Below are positions 55,742-63,712 of a stretch of 64,000 nucleotides of DNA, in pieces (position 1 is the first letter of the stretch; each line of letters begins with the position of its first letter). The notes beneath the pieces are model-generated. The model was not told the origin of the DNA and ran no database searches. It saw only the letters and a program-made list of their open reading frames with translations. The position numbers and the translations under genes are program-made. Source of the stretch: Paracoccaceae bacterium (GTDB lineage: Bacteria > Pseudomonadota > Alphaproteobacteria > Rhodobacterales > Rhodobacteraceae); contig CBDETS010000007.1 of assembly GCA_965242975.1 (NCBI GenBank), positions 5,099,563 through 5,163,562 of the forward strand, read 5' to 3'.

Positions 55742-56079
55742 TCCGGTTCATCCCCTGCACCGTTCGCTGATGGCAGGGATCGTCAGGTCTGACCGAGCGC
55801 TGCACGCCGGGATGAACGGAGGGCAGTAAGGCTCTTCGCCGACGCCGGATGCCGCTAAGCAGGAAACGGCCGGACGTGATCAGTGTTCGATGGTCCGGAC
55901 ACGTTGGAAGTCGCCGGGGCCACGAATTCAGGCGGGCCGGTTTGCCTGACGCGCGAACATGCCGGGTTCGTGCCGGGACACAAAGGGTCTGAAGTCCTGC
56001 AACGGGCGCCCCGTTTTGCGCCTTTCGGCAAGCCAACGATCGATCTGCCACTGCGGCCGGGGCCGACTGCCGGGCGGTC

Positions 56080-57006
56080 CTATCCCCGGCTGTCCGCTTC
56101 GACTCTTTCCAAAAGCCGGTCAAGTTCCGCGATATCGACACCGGTAAGTCCGTACACGGGCTTGCGCGCGGTTGCATGGCGCAATGCGCCGCGCCGCCTG
56201 AGGATTTCCTTGCGAATTGGCAGCCCGAACCCCAATTGCTGTTCGTGGCGGTTTACCGGCAGGTACCGATCGAAGAGGTCCTCCGCCTCGCCGGCACGAC
56301 CTGCCGTGAAGAGGTCGTAGACCCGCACCAGCACGTCGGGAAACGCAAAGCCGGTCATGGCCCCGTCGGCCCCTCGATGCAGCTCCTGCGGAAGGTACAG
56401 GCCGTTGTTTCCGGTCAGGATGCTCACGCGGCGCTGTTTCCCCTCGCGTTCCATTTCCCTGATTTTCGTGAGTTTCGGAAGTCCGGGACAATCCTCATGT
56501 TTCAGCATCACGAGATCGGGAAACTCGTGAACCATCCTGGACCACGTGGCAGGCGAAAGGTGGACGTTGCTTGCCTGCGGAAAGTCCTGGTAGACGACCG
56601 GAATGCCGGCACCGATTGTTTCGAAGACCTGTTCGAAGTAACGGAAAACCGTATCATCGCTTTTCAGGCCGGCCAGCGGTTGCAGCATCACTCCGGATGC
56701 ACCCAGATCCATCACTGAATGCGAAAGGTCCCTCAGTGCGGTCAGTGCGGAGTGTGTCACGCCCACGATTACCGGCAGTTCCCGTGCAACATGCCGCAAG
56801 GCACGTTCGGCGAAATCGGCCGACTCGGCATCGGTCATCTTGTTGGCTTCGCCCATGACTCCCAGAATCGTGATGCCGGCGACCCCGCACCCCGCGTAGA
56901 AGTCCAGGAGTTGCCCCGTTCCATCCAGGTCCAGTGACCCGTCGGGGTAGAACGGTGTTGCCGAAATGACAAATACACCCCTGGTGTCTTCGTTCAGTCC
57001 GGGCAT
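56080..57006 (-). CDS. Dihydrodipicolinate synthase/N-acetylneuraminate lyase family (DapA-like) protein
   Basis: ..GVFVISATPFYPDGSLDLDG...GITILGVMGEANKMT... The start is uncertain, with in-frame ATGs at 57006, 57033 and 57078. Confidence 0.8.
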   Translation of the reverse strand: MPGLNEDTRGVFVISATPFYPDGSLDLDGTGQLLDFYAGCGVAGITILGVMGEANKMTDAESADFAERALRHVARELPVIVGVTHSALTALRDLSHSVMDLGASGVMLQPLAGLKSDDTVFRYFEQVFETIGAGIPVVYQDFPQASNVHLSPATWSRMVHEFPDLVMLKHEDCPGLPKLTKIREMEREGKQRRVSILTGNNGLYLPQELHRGADGAMTGFAFPDVLVRVYDLFTAGRAGEAEDLFDRYLPVNRHEQQLGFGLPIRKEILRRRGALRHATARKPVYGLTGVDIAELDRLLERVEADSRG

Positions 57007-57583
57007 CTCAAGTCCCCGCCTTTCTCCGGTCATGCGTCTGAGGTGCCGACAGTCGCCGATGCACGCGGGAAGTGTCAAGAAATTTCAACCGGTGTCAGGC
57101 TCCCGCGAAATCCGTCCGGGACCGCTCCAGCTAAAGAAGTGTGCGGGGACTCACTTCCTGCCTTGCCGACACCGCATCGGGGTACAGGAATGCCCGTTGT
57201 GTCCCACGACGAACGCGCGCAAATCATGTGTTCCGGCAAGAGGCGGTTGGCCACGGCCGCCTGCACGCCCGAGACCGCCTGCCGCCGATCATGGCAGAAA
57301 ACGGGCCTCGTGGCCGGGTTGGCGACGGATGCGGCCAGGTTTGACACGCGGCTGTGACCGGAAACTGGCCGGCAAGACCAGCCCGCCGCTGCACATGCGC
57401 GCGTCTGACGAAACCTTTCGGCGCCGGGCTCCGGCGTGGGCGAGACCCCGTGGACATCGAACGCCAGACCGGTGACCTGCCGTGCGCGGTCAAGGGGGCA
57501 GTTCCTTGTCGCCGCAGCCGGCGGTGGGCCGGGTTGCCGAATGCGAAGGGGACGGTTGCGGCACCCGGGAGGAATGAGCGGGG

Positions 57584-58597
57584 CTATTCGATCCTCGCAA
57601 CCGAATTCCGTTCGATAACCTGTCCAGCCAATTCGGTCGGAACGACGGGTTTTCCGGATTCCAGCAGCGCGGTCAATTGACCGGCGACGTTGATTCCCAT
57701 GTCACGGGCAGGAAGATCAATCGTCGTCAGGGATGGAACTGCCGCGCCGGACCAGTCGAGATTGTCGAATCCCATCACGGAAAATTCTTCCGGGATTCTG
57801 ATGCCGTTTTCCATCAGGCCGAAGTACGCGCCCAAGGCCAGCACATCCGAGAAACACAAGGCAGCGGTGCACGCACCGAAGGTACCGAGAGTCTCGTGCA
57901 CGGCGGCTTTTCCGCCCGCCACGTCGAGGCTGGTTTCGAAAAACCGCAAGGTCATCTCGCCGGTTCCGGCCGCGCTGGCGGCCGCGTCCGCACCCGCGCG
58001 GCGGGCACGCGTTCGGTCACTTTCGTCCAACGGGCCATGGATGATCGCGATGTCTTTGTGGCCCTTGTCCGACAGGAACGCCACGGCGTCCGACGCGAGC
58101 ACGAAATTGTCATACCCGATCGTGGGAACATTGCTGTGCGGGTCCCAAATTGACGTATAGACACATGGAACGCTTCGACGCTCAAACAGACCGGTCAGTT
58201 CCGGACTGTGCACCCCGCCGCTCAGGATGAAGGCCTCCGCACCCATCCCGAGAAGCTTGCGGGCCGCGGTCAGCTCCATGTCTTCCCGCGCATTCGAAAT
58301 CGCCAGGACCAGGGAATAGCCGCGCTCGGAAAGGGTCTGCTCGATCGCGGCGATGTACTTGGCAAATACCGAGTGTTCGATCGTCGGGATGATCGCCGCG
58401 ATCGTTCGGGATTTGCTGGTCGACAGTGCGCGTGCTGCCGGGTTCGGCAGATAGTCGAGTTTCCGGCATGCGTTCAGCACGCGTTCCTGCGTTGCCGGGG
58501 AAACGTTCTTTGCGCCGTTCATCACTCGCGAGATCGTGGCGATGGACAGCCCGGCCTCCTTCGCAACATCGCGAATCCTGCCAACCTTCCTGTTCAA
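57584..58597 (-). CDS. LacI-family transcriptional regulator
   Basis: 337 aa: MNRKVGRIRDVAKEAGLSIATISRVMNGAKNVSPATQERVLNACRKLDYLPN.., followed by a periplasmic-binding-protein-like sensor domain. Confidence 0.9.
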   Translation of the reverse strand: MNRKVGRIRDVAKEAGLSIATISRVMNGAKNVSPATQERVLNACRKLDYLPNPAARALSTSKSRTIAAIIPTIEHSVFAKYIAAIEQTLSERGYSLVLAISNAREDMELTAARKLLGMGAEAFILSGGVHSPELTGLFERRSVPCVYTSIWDPHSNVPTIGYDNFVLASDAVAFLSDKGHKDIAIIHGPLDESDRTRARRAGADAAASAAGTGEMTLRFFETSLDVAGGKAAVHETLGTFGACTAALCFSDVLALGAYFGLMENGIRIPEEFSVMGFDNLDWSGAAVPSLTTIDLPARDMGINVAGQLTALLESGKPVVPTELAGQVIERNSVARIE

Positions 58598-58661
58598 AAT
58601 GCGCTCCCCGTTTCCATCGATCGCATTTTGACCTTGACTATTGCAAACGGCAAGTGAATCT

Positions 58662-58677
58662 ATGTAACCGGTTACAT
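58662..58677. promoter_or_regulatory. Candidate LacI-family operator (perfect 16-bp palindrome)
   Basis: ATGTAACCGGTTACAT at 58662-58677 fits the LacI/GalR-type TGTAA.CG.TTACA pattern. It lies in the divergent region between lacI (start 58597) and the DUF1989-GcvT gene (58699). A possible -35 TTGACT is at 58634-58639. Confidence 0.55.
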
Positions 58678-58698
58678 CGGGTCGTTTCGTGATCGGAT

Positions 58699-61056
58699 GT
58701 GGTTGATAATGGCAAGTGTGGAACGCATCGCGTGCTGGGCGCAGAAATTTCGAAACCCGCGGATCGCCACAGGTACCGGGGCCTCAGGGAACCCGGCCGG
58801 AACAGGATCGAGGTCCTCTGGGGGGAGGCCGGACGGATACACGCCCCGGCGCATTCCGTTGTTTCCGTAACCAATATCGACGGCGCGGCGTCATGCTGGG
58901 TGTCGGCACTGGCCGAGGATGAGCGGAGTTTCTCGACATCGGCCATTGACTTGCCGGACGGTAACGGAAGCCGTCCCGACCCCGGCATGTTCGACAGCCG
59001 GATGATGACCGCCCTCGTCTCGAACCGCGGCGGCGGCATGGACACGGGGAACGCGTACCGCCTGTTCGATGCAACGACGAGCCCCGGCGAGGTTTTCGTC
59101 ACCCGAATGCGGAGGACGGCGGAGCTTTTTGTTTTCGTGGAGACGTCCGATGCGTTCGTGGCCTCGGGTGGGGGCGGCCGGTTTTCGGTGGAAGTCCGAC
59201 CGTCGGCCAATGCCTGTCCGGATCAGTTCCTGCCGGAACCGCTCGGCACGATCGTCGACGAGATCCGGGTCGAGAGGTGCACGGCCAGGGCCTACGAACT
59301 CAGGAAAGGGCAATTCGTTCAGGTCATTGATGTCGAGGGACAGCAATGCTCGGACTTCATGGCCATGCGTTCCGACAGTCTTGATGCCGGAATCGAGCGC
59401 CACATCGACTCGACGGTGTCCCGGACAATGACGCGAAGCGCATACCCGACGCCCGGGCTTCACGACAAGTTCTTCGACCAGGACATCCGGCCGCTTCTTG
59501 CCGTACGGCAGGATACGGTCGGACGGCACGACACCTTCGCGCTGGCCTGTACGGCCCGGGGATATGAGGAACGCGGCTTCCCGGGGCATGTGAACTGTTC
59601 GGACAACATCAGCGCGGTCTTCGCGCCGTACGGCATCAGACCCCGGAAAGCATGGCCGGCAATCAACTTTTTCTTCAATTCGTGGATAGACTGGGAAGAC
59701 CACGGGATTTCGACCGACGAAGCGTGGTCGCGCCCGGGCGATTACGTGCTCCTTCATGCCCTGACGGATCTTGTCTGTGTGTCGACGGCCTGTCCCGACG
59801 ATGTCGATCCGATCAATGGCTGGAATCCGACGGATGTACATGTACGCATTTACGAGGAGGACTCATCGATTGCACATTCGGTCGCATGGCGTTCCCAGCC
59901 GGAAGACCCGGGAAAGATGACCCGGCATACGGCGTTCCATTCCCGGACCTCCGGGCTCACGAGCAGTTTTCACGCGGCCCGCGACCTGTGGATGCCGGCA
60001 CAGTACGATGCGACGGGCGCGATCGAGGAATACTGGGCGTGCCGGAACGCCGCGACGCTCCAGGACATGTCGGGTTTGCGCAAGTTCGACATCGTCGGCC
60101 CGGATGCCGAAGAGCTCCTCCAGACGTGCCTGACCCGCGACGTCTCGAAACTGTCCATGCACCGTGGGCTGTACGGACTGATCTGCGATGAACGTGGAAG
60201 CGTCCTCGATGACGGGACGCTGTTTCGCCTGGAGCAAACCGCGTTTCGCTGGTGCTGCGGGTCGGACGATTCCGCCCTGCATCTCCGGGAACAGGCAGAC
60301 CGGTCGGGTCTCAACGCCCGGGTATTGTCACTAGGCCACAAGCTGCCGAACCTCGCGATCCAGGGACCAAGGTCGCGCGACATTCTGCGTGAGGTTGTCT
60401 TTACGCAACCGACGCGCCCATCCCTCGACAACCTGAAGTGGTTCGGCTTCACCATCGCACGGCTTCACGATCGTGACGGTCCGGTTTTCATGCTGTCGCG
60501 AACCGGATTCACGGGCGAGTTGGGTTACGAGGTCTTTTGCGACGAGAACGATGCCCTTGGCATCTGGGACGGCCTGATGTCGGCCGGAGACCGGCACGGC
60601 CTTGTGCCAATGGGCGGCGAGGCGCTGTCAATGCTCCGGCTGGAGGCGGGACTCATGATCGCGGGGGCGGAATTCGGCCCGGACAGCGACGCGATGGAAT
60701 CGGGACTCGGTTTTGCCGTCGATTTCGGGAAAGGAGATTTCATCGGCAGGGCGGCGCTGGAACGCAATGCCGCCGCACCCCGGCGCAAACTGGTCGGGTT
60801 GGCCTTTTCCGGCAACGAGGTCCCGGTCCCCGGTGACGGTGTCTTCGTCGGACGGGAACGGGTCGGTGTCGTGACGAGCGCATGCCACTCGCCCCGGATG
60901 GGCCGGGCGATCGCCATGGCCCGCCTGGCAATCGAAAATGCCGCCAGGGGCGGCCACCTCGAAGTGGGCAAACTTGGCGGGCACATGAAACGCCTTGCCT
61001 GTACGGTGACCGACCTGCCGTTCGTCGATCCCGAACGAAAGAAACCAAGGTCGTGA
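58699..61056 (+). CDS. Fusion protein: N-terminal extension + DUF1989 domain + GcvT-type (folate-dependent) aminomethyltransferase domain
   Basis: 785-aa ORF. The central part ..ARAYELRKGQFVQVIDVEGQQCSDFMAM...DTFALACTARGY...NFFFNS...ACPDDVDPINGWNP.. is DUF1989-like. The C-terminal ~370 aa ..LQDMSGLRKFDIVGPDAEELL...SRTGFTGELGYEVF...EAGLMIAG...GFAVDFGKGDFIGR... is GcvT-like. The exact start is uncertain (GTG at 58699 has no clear Shine-Dalgarno). Confidence 0.8.
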   Translation: MVDNGKCGTHRVLGAEISKPADRHRYRGLREPGRNRIEVLWGEAGRIHAPAHSVVSVTNIDGAASCWVSALAEDERSFSTSAIDLPDGNGSRPDPGMFDSRMMTALVSNRGGGMDTGNAYRLFDATTSPGEVFVTRMRRTAELFVFVETSDAFVASGGGGRFSVEVRPSANACPDQFLPEPLGTIVDEIRVERCTARAYELRKGQFVQVIDVEGQQCSDFMAMRSDSLDAGIERHIDSTVSRTMTRSAYPTPGLHDKFFDQDIRPLLAVRQDTVGRHDTFALACTARGYEERGFPGHVNCSDNISAVFAPYGIRPRKAWPAINFFFNSWIDWEDHGISTDEAWSRPGDYVLLHALTDLVCVSTACPDDVDPINGWNPTDVHVRIYEEDSSIAHSVAWRSQPEDPGKMTRHTAFHSRTSGLTSSFHAARDLWMPAQYDATGAIEEYWACRNAATLQDMSGLRKFDIVGPDAEELLQTCLTRDVSKLSMHRGLYGLICDERGSVLDDGTLFRLEQTAFRWCCGSDDSALHLREQADRSGLNARVLSLGHKLPNLAIQGPRSRDILREVVFTQPTRPSLDNLKWFGFTIARLHDRDGPVFMLSRTGFTGELGYEVFCDENDALGIWDGLMSAGDRHGLVPMGGEALSMLRLEAGLMIAGAEFGPDSDAMESGLGFAVDFGKGDFIGRAALERNAAAPRRKLVGLAFSGNEVPVPGDGVFVGRERVGVVTSACHSPRMGRAIAMARLAIENAARGGHLEVGKLGGHMKRLACTVTDLPFVDPERKKPRS

Positions 61057-62114
61057 CGACGGAAACCAAACCCGGTGTCGTTGAAACCCGGCATGTCTGG
61101 AAGATCTTCGGAGATCGGGCCGAAGAAGCCATGGAGGCGGTTCGCCGGGAGAACATCTCGAAGGCCGAGGTGCTCGACCGGTACCGGGCCGTTGTCGGCG
61201 TCCGGGACGTTTCGATCAGCGTCGGGGAGAGCGAAATATTCTGTATCATGGGCTTGTCCGGTTCGGGCAAGTCCACGTTGGTGCGCCACATCAACCGGCT
61301 GATCGAGCCGACGGCCGGAGAGATCCTGATCAATGGAGTCGATGTCGGCGAACTGAACGCCGAGGATCTGCGCGCGATGCGGGCGGACAAGATCGGAATG
61401 GTGTTTCAGAACATGGCGCTCCTGCCTCACCGTACCGTACGCGACAACATCGCCTTTGCGCTCGAATTGCGAAACGTGGACGCCTTTACACGCGCGGGCG
61501 TGGCGGACAACGTCATCGACATGGTCAGCCTGCAGGGCTACGGCGATCGCTTTCCGGAAGAGTTGTCGGGGGGAATGCAGCAACGTGTCGGCCTGGCGCG
61601 GGCGCTGGCGGCTGATCCGGACATCCTGTTGATGGATGAGCCGTTCTCGGCACTTGATCCGTTAATCCGCAGGGGGTTGCAGGACGAGTTCCTCGACCTG
61701 TCGAAGACCATGAACAAGACGACATTGTTCATCACCCATGACCTGGATGAAGCCATACGCATGGGAACCCGCATCGCGATCATGAAGGACGGTGAGATCG
61801 TTCAGACCGGTACCCCGGAGGAGATCGTGACCCGGCCCGCCGACGATTACGTGGCCGATTTCGTGGCCGGGATCTCCAAGCTCAAGCTCGTGTTCGCCCA
61901 CACGGTCATGGAGTCCATCGAAAAGCTCGAAGCCGGTGGCGCCCAGCTTTCTGACCTTGACAGCTGCCCGCAGGCGCGCCCGGACGATGACCTCGATACG
62001 CTCATCGGCCTTGCGGTCAACCAGGACAGACCGATCGTCATCATGAGCGAAAACAAACCTGTTGGCGTCGTCACCAAGGACGCCCTGCTGCGTGGCATTC
62101 AGGGGGAGGCATAA
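61053..62114 (+). CDS. proV: Glycine betaine/proline-type ABC transporter ATP-binding protein with C-terminal CBS-like domain
   Basis: The GTG at 61053 overlaps the previous TGA (GTGA). Walker A GLSGSGKST, signature LSGGMQQR, Walker B ILLMDEPFSALD, plus a C-terminal regulatory domain. Confidence 0.9.
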   Translation: MTTETKPGVVETRHVWKIFGDRAEEAMEAVRRENISKAEVLDRYRAVVGVRDVSISVGESEIFCIMGLSGSGKSTLVRHINRLIEPTAGEILINGVDVGELNAEDLRAMRADKIGMVFQNMALLPHRTVRDNIAFALELRNVDAFTRAGVADNVIDMVSLQGYGDRFPEELSGGMQQRVGLARALAADPDILLMDEPFSALDPLIRRGLQDEFLDLSKTMNKTTLFITHDLDEAIRMGTRIAIMKDGEIVQTGTPEEIVTRPADDYVADFVAGISKLKLVFAHTVMESIEKLEAGGAQLSDLDSCPQARPDDDLDTLIGLAVNQDRPIVIMSENKPVGVVTKDALLRGIQGEA

Positions 62115-62117
62115 GGG

Positions 62118-63683
62118 ATGGCCGAGGAAACGACCGATGTCAGGAAACCATTCGTCGAATTCGCCGGGTCCAGCGGAAACTACTACGCAGACGTCTTTCT
62201 GAATATCCAGAAGGCGACGCTCGGGCCGTTTCACCTGAACCTGGCGGCGCTGCTCGGCGGGTTTGTCTGGGCCGCCCTGCGCGGGAACTGGATTCTCTTC
62301 GTACTCGCCTTTGCCTTCGACCTTGTTGCCGCCGTCAATGTTGCGCTGGTCTACAAGTATTCGAAGGCAGCGGTCGACTTTTCGGACAAGGCCTTCCTGG
62401 TCGAGCGGTACCAGGGTTGGTCGGAAACCCATACCGTTGCTGCCGTTGTGGTGTTCGTTGCCGGCAGGTTCCTGTTCTCCTGGCTGGCCGATCGCCTCTA
62501 TGCACGGCAATTCGAGAGGTGGCGCGTGGACCGGTCCGTGAACAGCGGGCTCAGGCCGTCGCGACTGTTGCTGGCCGGACTGGTCGTCGTGCTCATCGTT
62601 CCGCTCCTGATCTACCGAACGACACAATTCGCCCCCGAGGCCCGCAGCTGCATCAAGCAGGACCGCGCGATTGCCGCGGGAGAGGTTGTCGCATTCAAGG
62701 GCCGGTTCGACTGCCTGGTCATCGGCGAGTTTCCGACGCTTTTCTGGATTGACCGTCCGGACGTGATTTCTTTTCCGCGCGACCAGGACGGAAACAGGGT
62801 CCTGAAGAGGACGCCTCCCCGGGAAGGCGCTCCGCCGGTCAATCTCAACATCTATGTCTCCCAGGTCATCGATGATGTCATCGGTTACGTGACGGTATTC
62901 CACGCTTTCCTGTTCGACGGGATCACCAGGATTCTCCGTGGCATGCTCAGCGCAATCACGTCCGTGTTCGTCGGTACGCCCTGGCCGGTCACGATGGGCG
63001 TCCTGCTGTTCATCGCCCATCGCATGGCAGGGCGTCGAACGGCACTCTTCGTCGGGGCATCCTTGCTGTACCTTGCAATGTTCGGATTCTGGCACGCAGC
63101 CATGGACACGATGTCGCTCGTGGTGGCCGCATCGATAATTTGCGTCGTCGTCGGCTTGCCGCTGGGCATCTGGGTCGGCAAGTCGCGACGCGCCCGGTGG
63201 TTCGTCACCCCAATTCTGGACGTGATGCAGACCATCCCGTCGTTCGTCTACCTGCTTCCCGCGATCGCCTTTTTTTCGATCGGCAAGCCACCTGGAATTC
63301 TCGCGACCGTCATATTCGCGATGCCCCCGATGGTTCGCCTGACGGCACTGGGCATCCGGCAGGTGTCCGAGAGCACCAAGGAAGCGGCGCTGGCGTTCGG
63401 GGCAAATCCGCGCCAGCTGTTGCTGAAGGTCGAGTTGCCCCTGGCGCTGCCCTCGATCATGGCAGGAATCAACCAGGTGGTGATGATGAGCCTGTCCATG
63501 GTCGTGATCGCGGCCCTGATCGGTGCCGGCGGGATGGGCTACATCGTGACCGAAGCACTCGAGAACACTGAAACCGGCCGTGGCCTCCTGGCCGGGATAG
63601 GAATTGCCCTGTTGGCGATGATGATCGACAGGGTAGTGCAGAAGGCGAACGAAGCTCGCCGACAACCAACCCAACAAGCATGA
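62118..63683 (+). CDS. proW: Glycine betaine/proline-type ABC transporter permease with ~230-aa N-terminal membrane extension
   Basis: 521 aa. The C-terminal half holds the canonical permease (..IPSFVYLLPAIAFFSIGKPPGILATVIFAMPP..ALGIRQV..). The N-terminal part ..YYADVFLNIQK...NLAALLGGFVWAALRGNW.. resembles DUF2628-type membrane domains. Confidence 0.9.
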   Translation: MAEETTDVRKPFVEFAGSSGNYYADVFLNIQKATLGPFHLNLAALLGGFVWAALRGNWILFVLAFAFDLVAAVNVALVYKYSKAAVDFSDKAFLVERYQGWSETHTVAAVVVFVAGRFLFSWLADRLYARQFERWRVDRSVNSGLRPSRLLLAGLVVVLIVPLLIYRTTQFAPEARSCIKQDRAIAAGEVVAFKGRFDCLVIGEFPTLFWIDRPDVISFPRDQDGNRVLKRTPPREGAPPVNLNIYVSQVIDDVIGYVTVFHAFLFDGITRILRGMLSAITSVFVGTPWPVTMGVLLFIAHRMAGRRTALFVGASLLYLAMFGFWHAAMDTMSLVVAASIICVVVGLPLGIWVGKSRRARWFVTPILDVMQTIPSFVYLLPAIAFFSIGKPPGILATVIFAMPPMVRLTALGIRQVSESTKEAALAFGANPRQLLLKVELPLALPSIMAGINQVVMMSLSMVVIAALIGAGGMGYIVTEALENTETGRGLLAGIGIALLAMMIDRVVQKANEARRQPTQQA

Positions 63684-63712
63684 CGTCATTGCTTGAAAAG
63701 AAAGGAAGAAAG

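Noticed and set aside
58699-58900. Possible glycine riboswitch or other leader RNA in front of the GcvT-like domain gene.
   Set aside because: I could not find the conserved glycine-riboswitch cores (..GGAGAG..CACCGAAGGGGCAA..). The region translates into plausible protein continuous with the DUF1989 domain. A covariance-model scan would be needed to exclude it formally.
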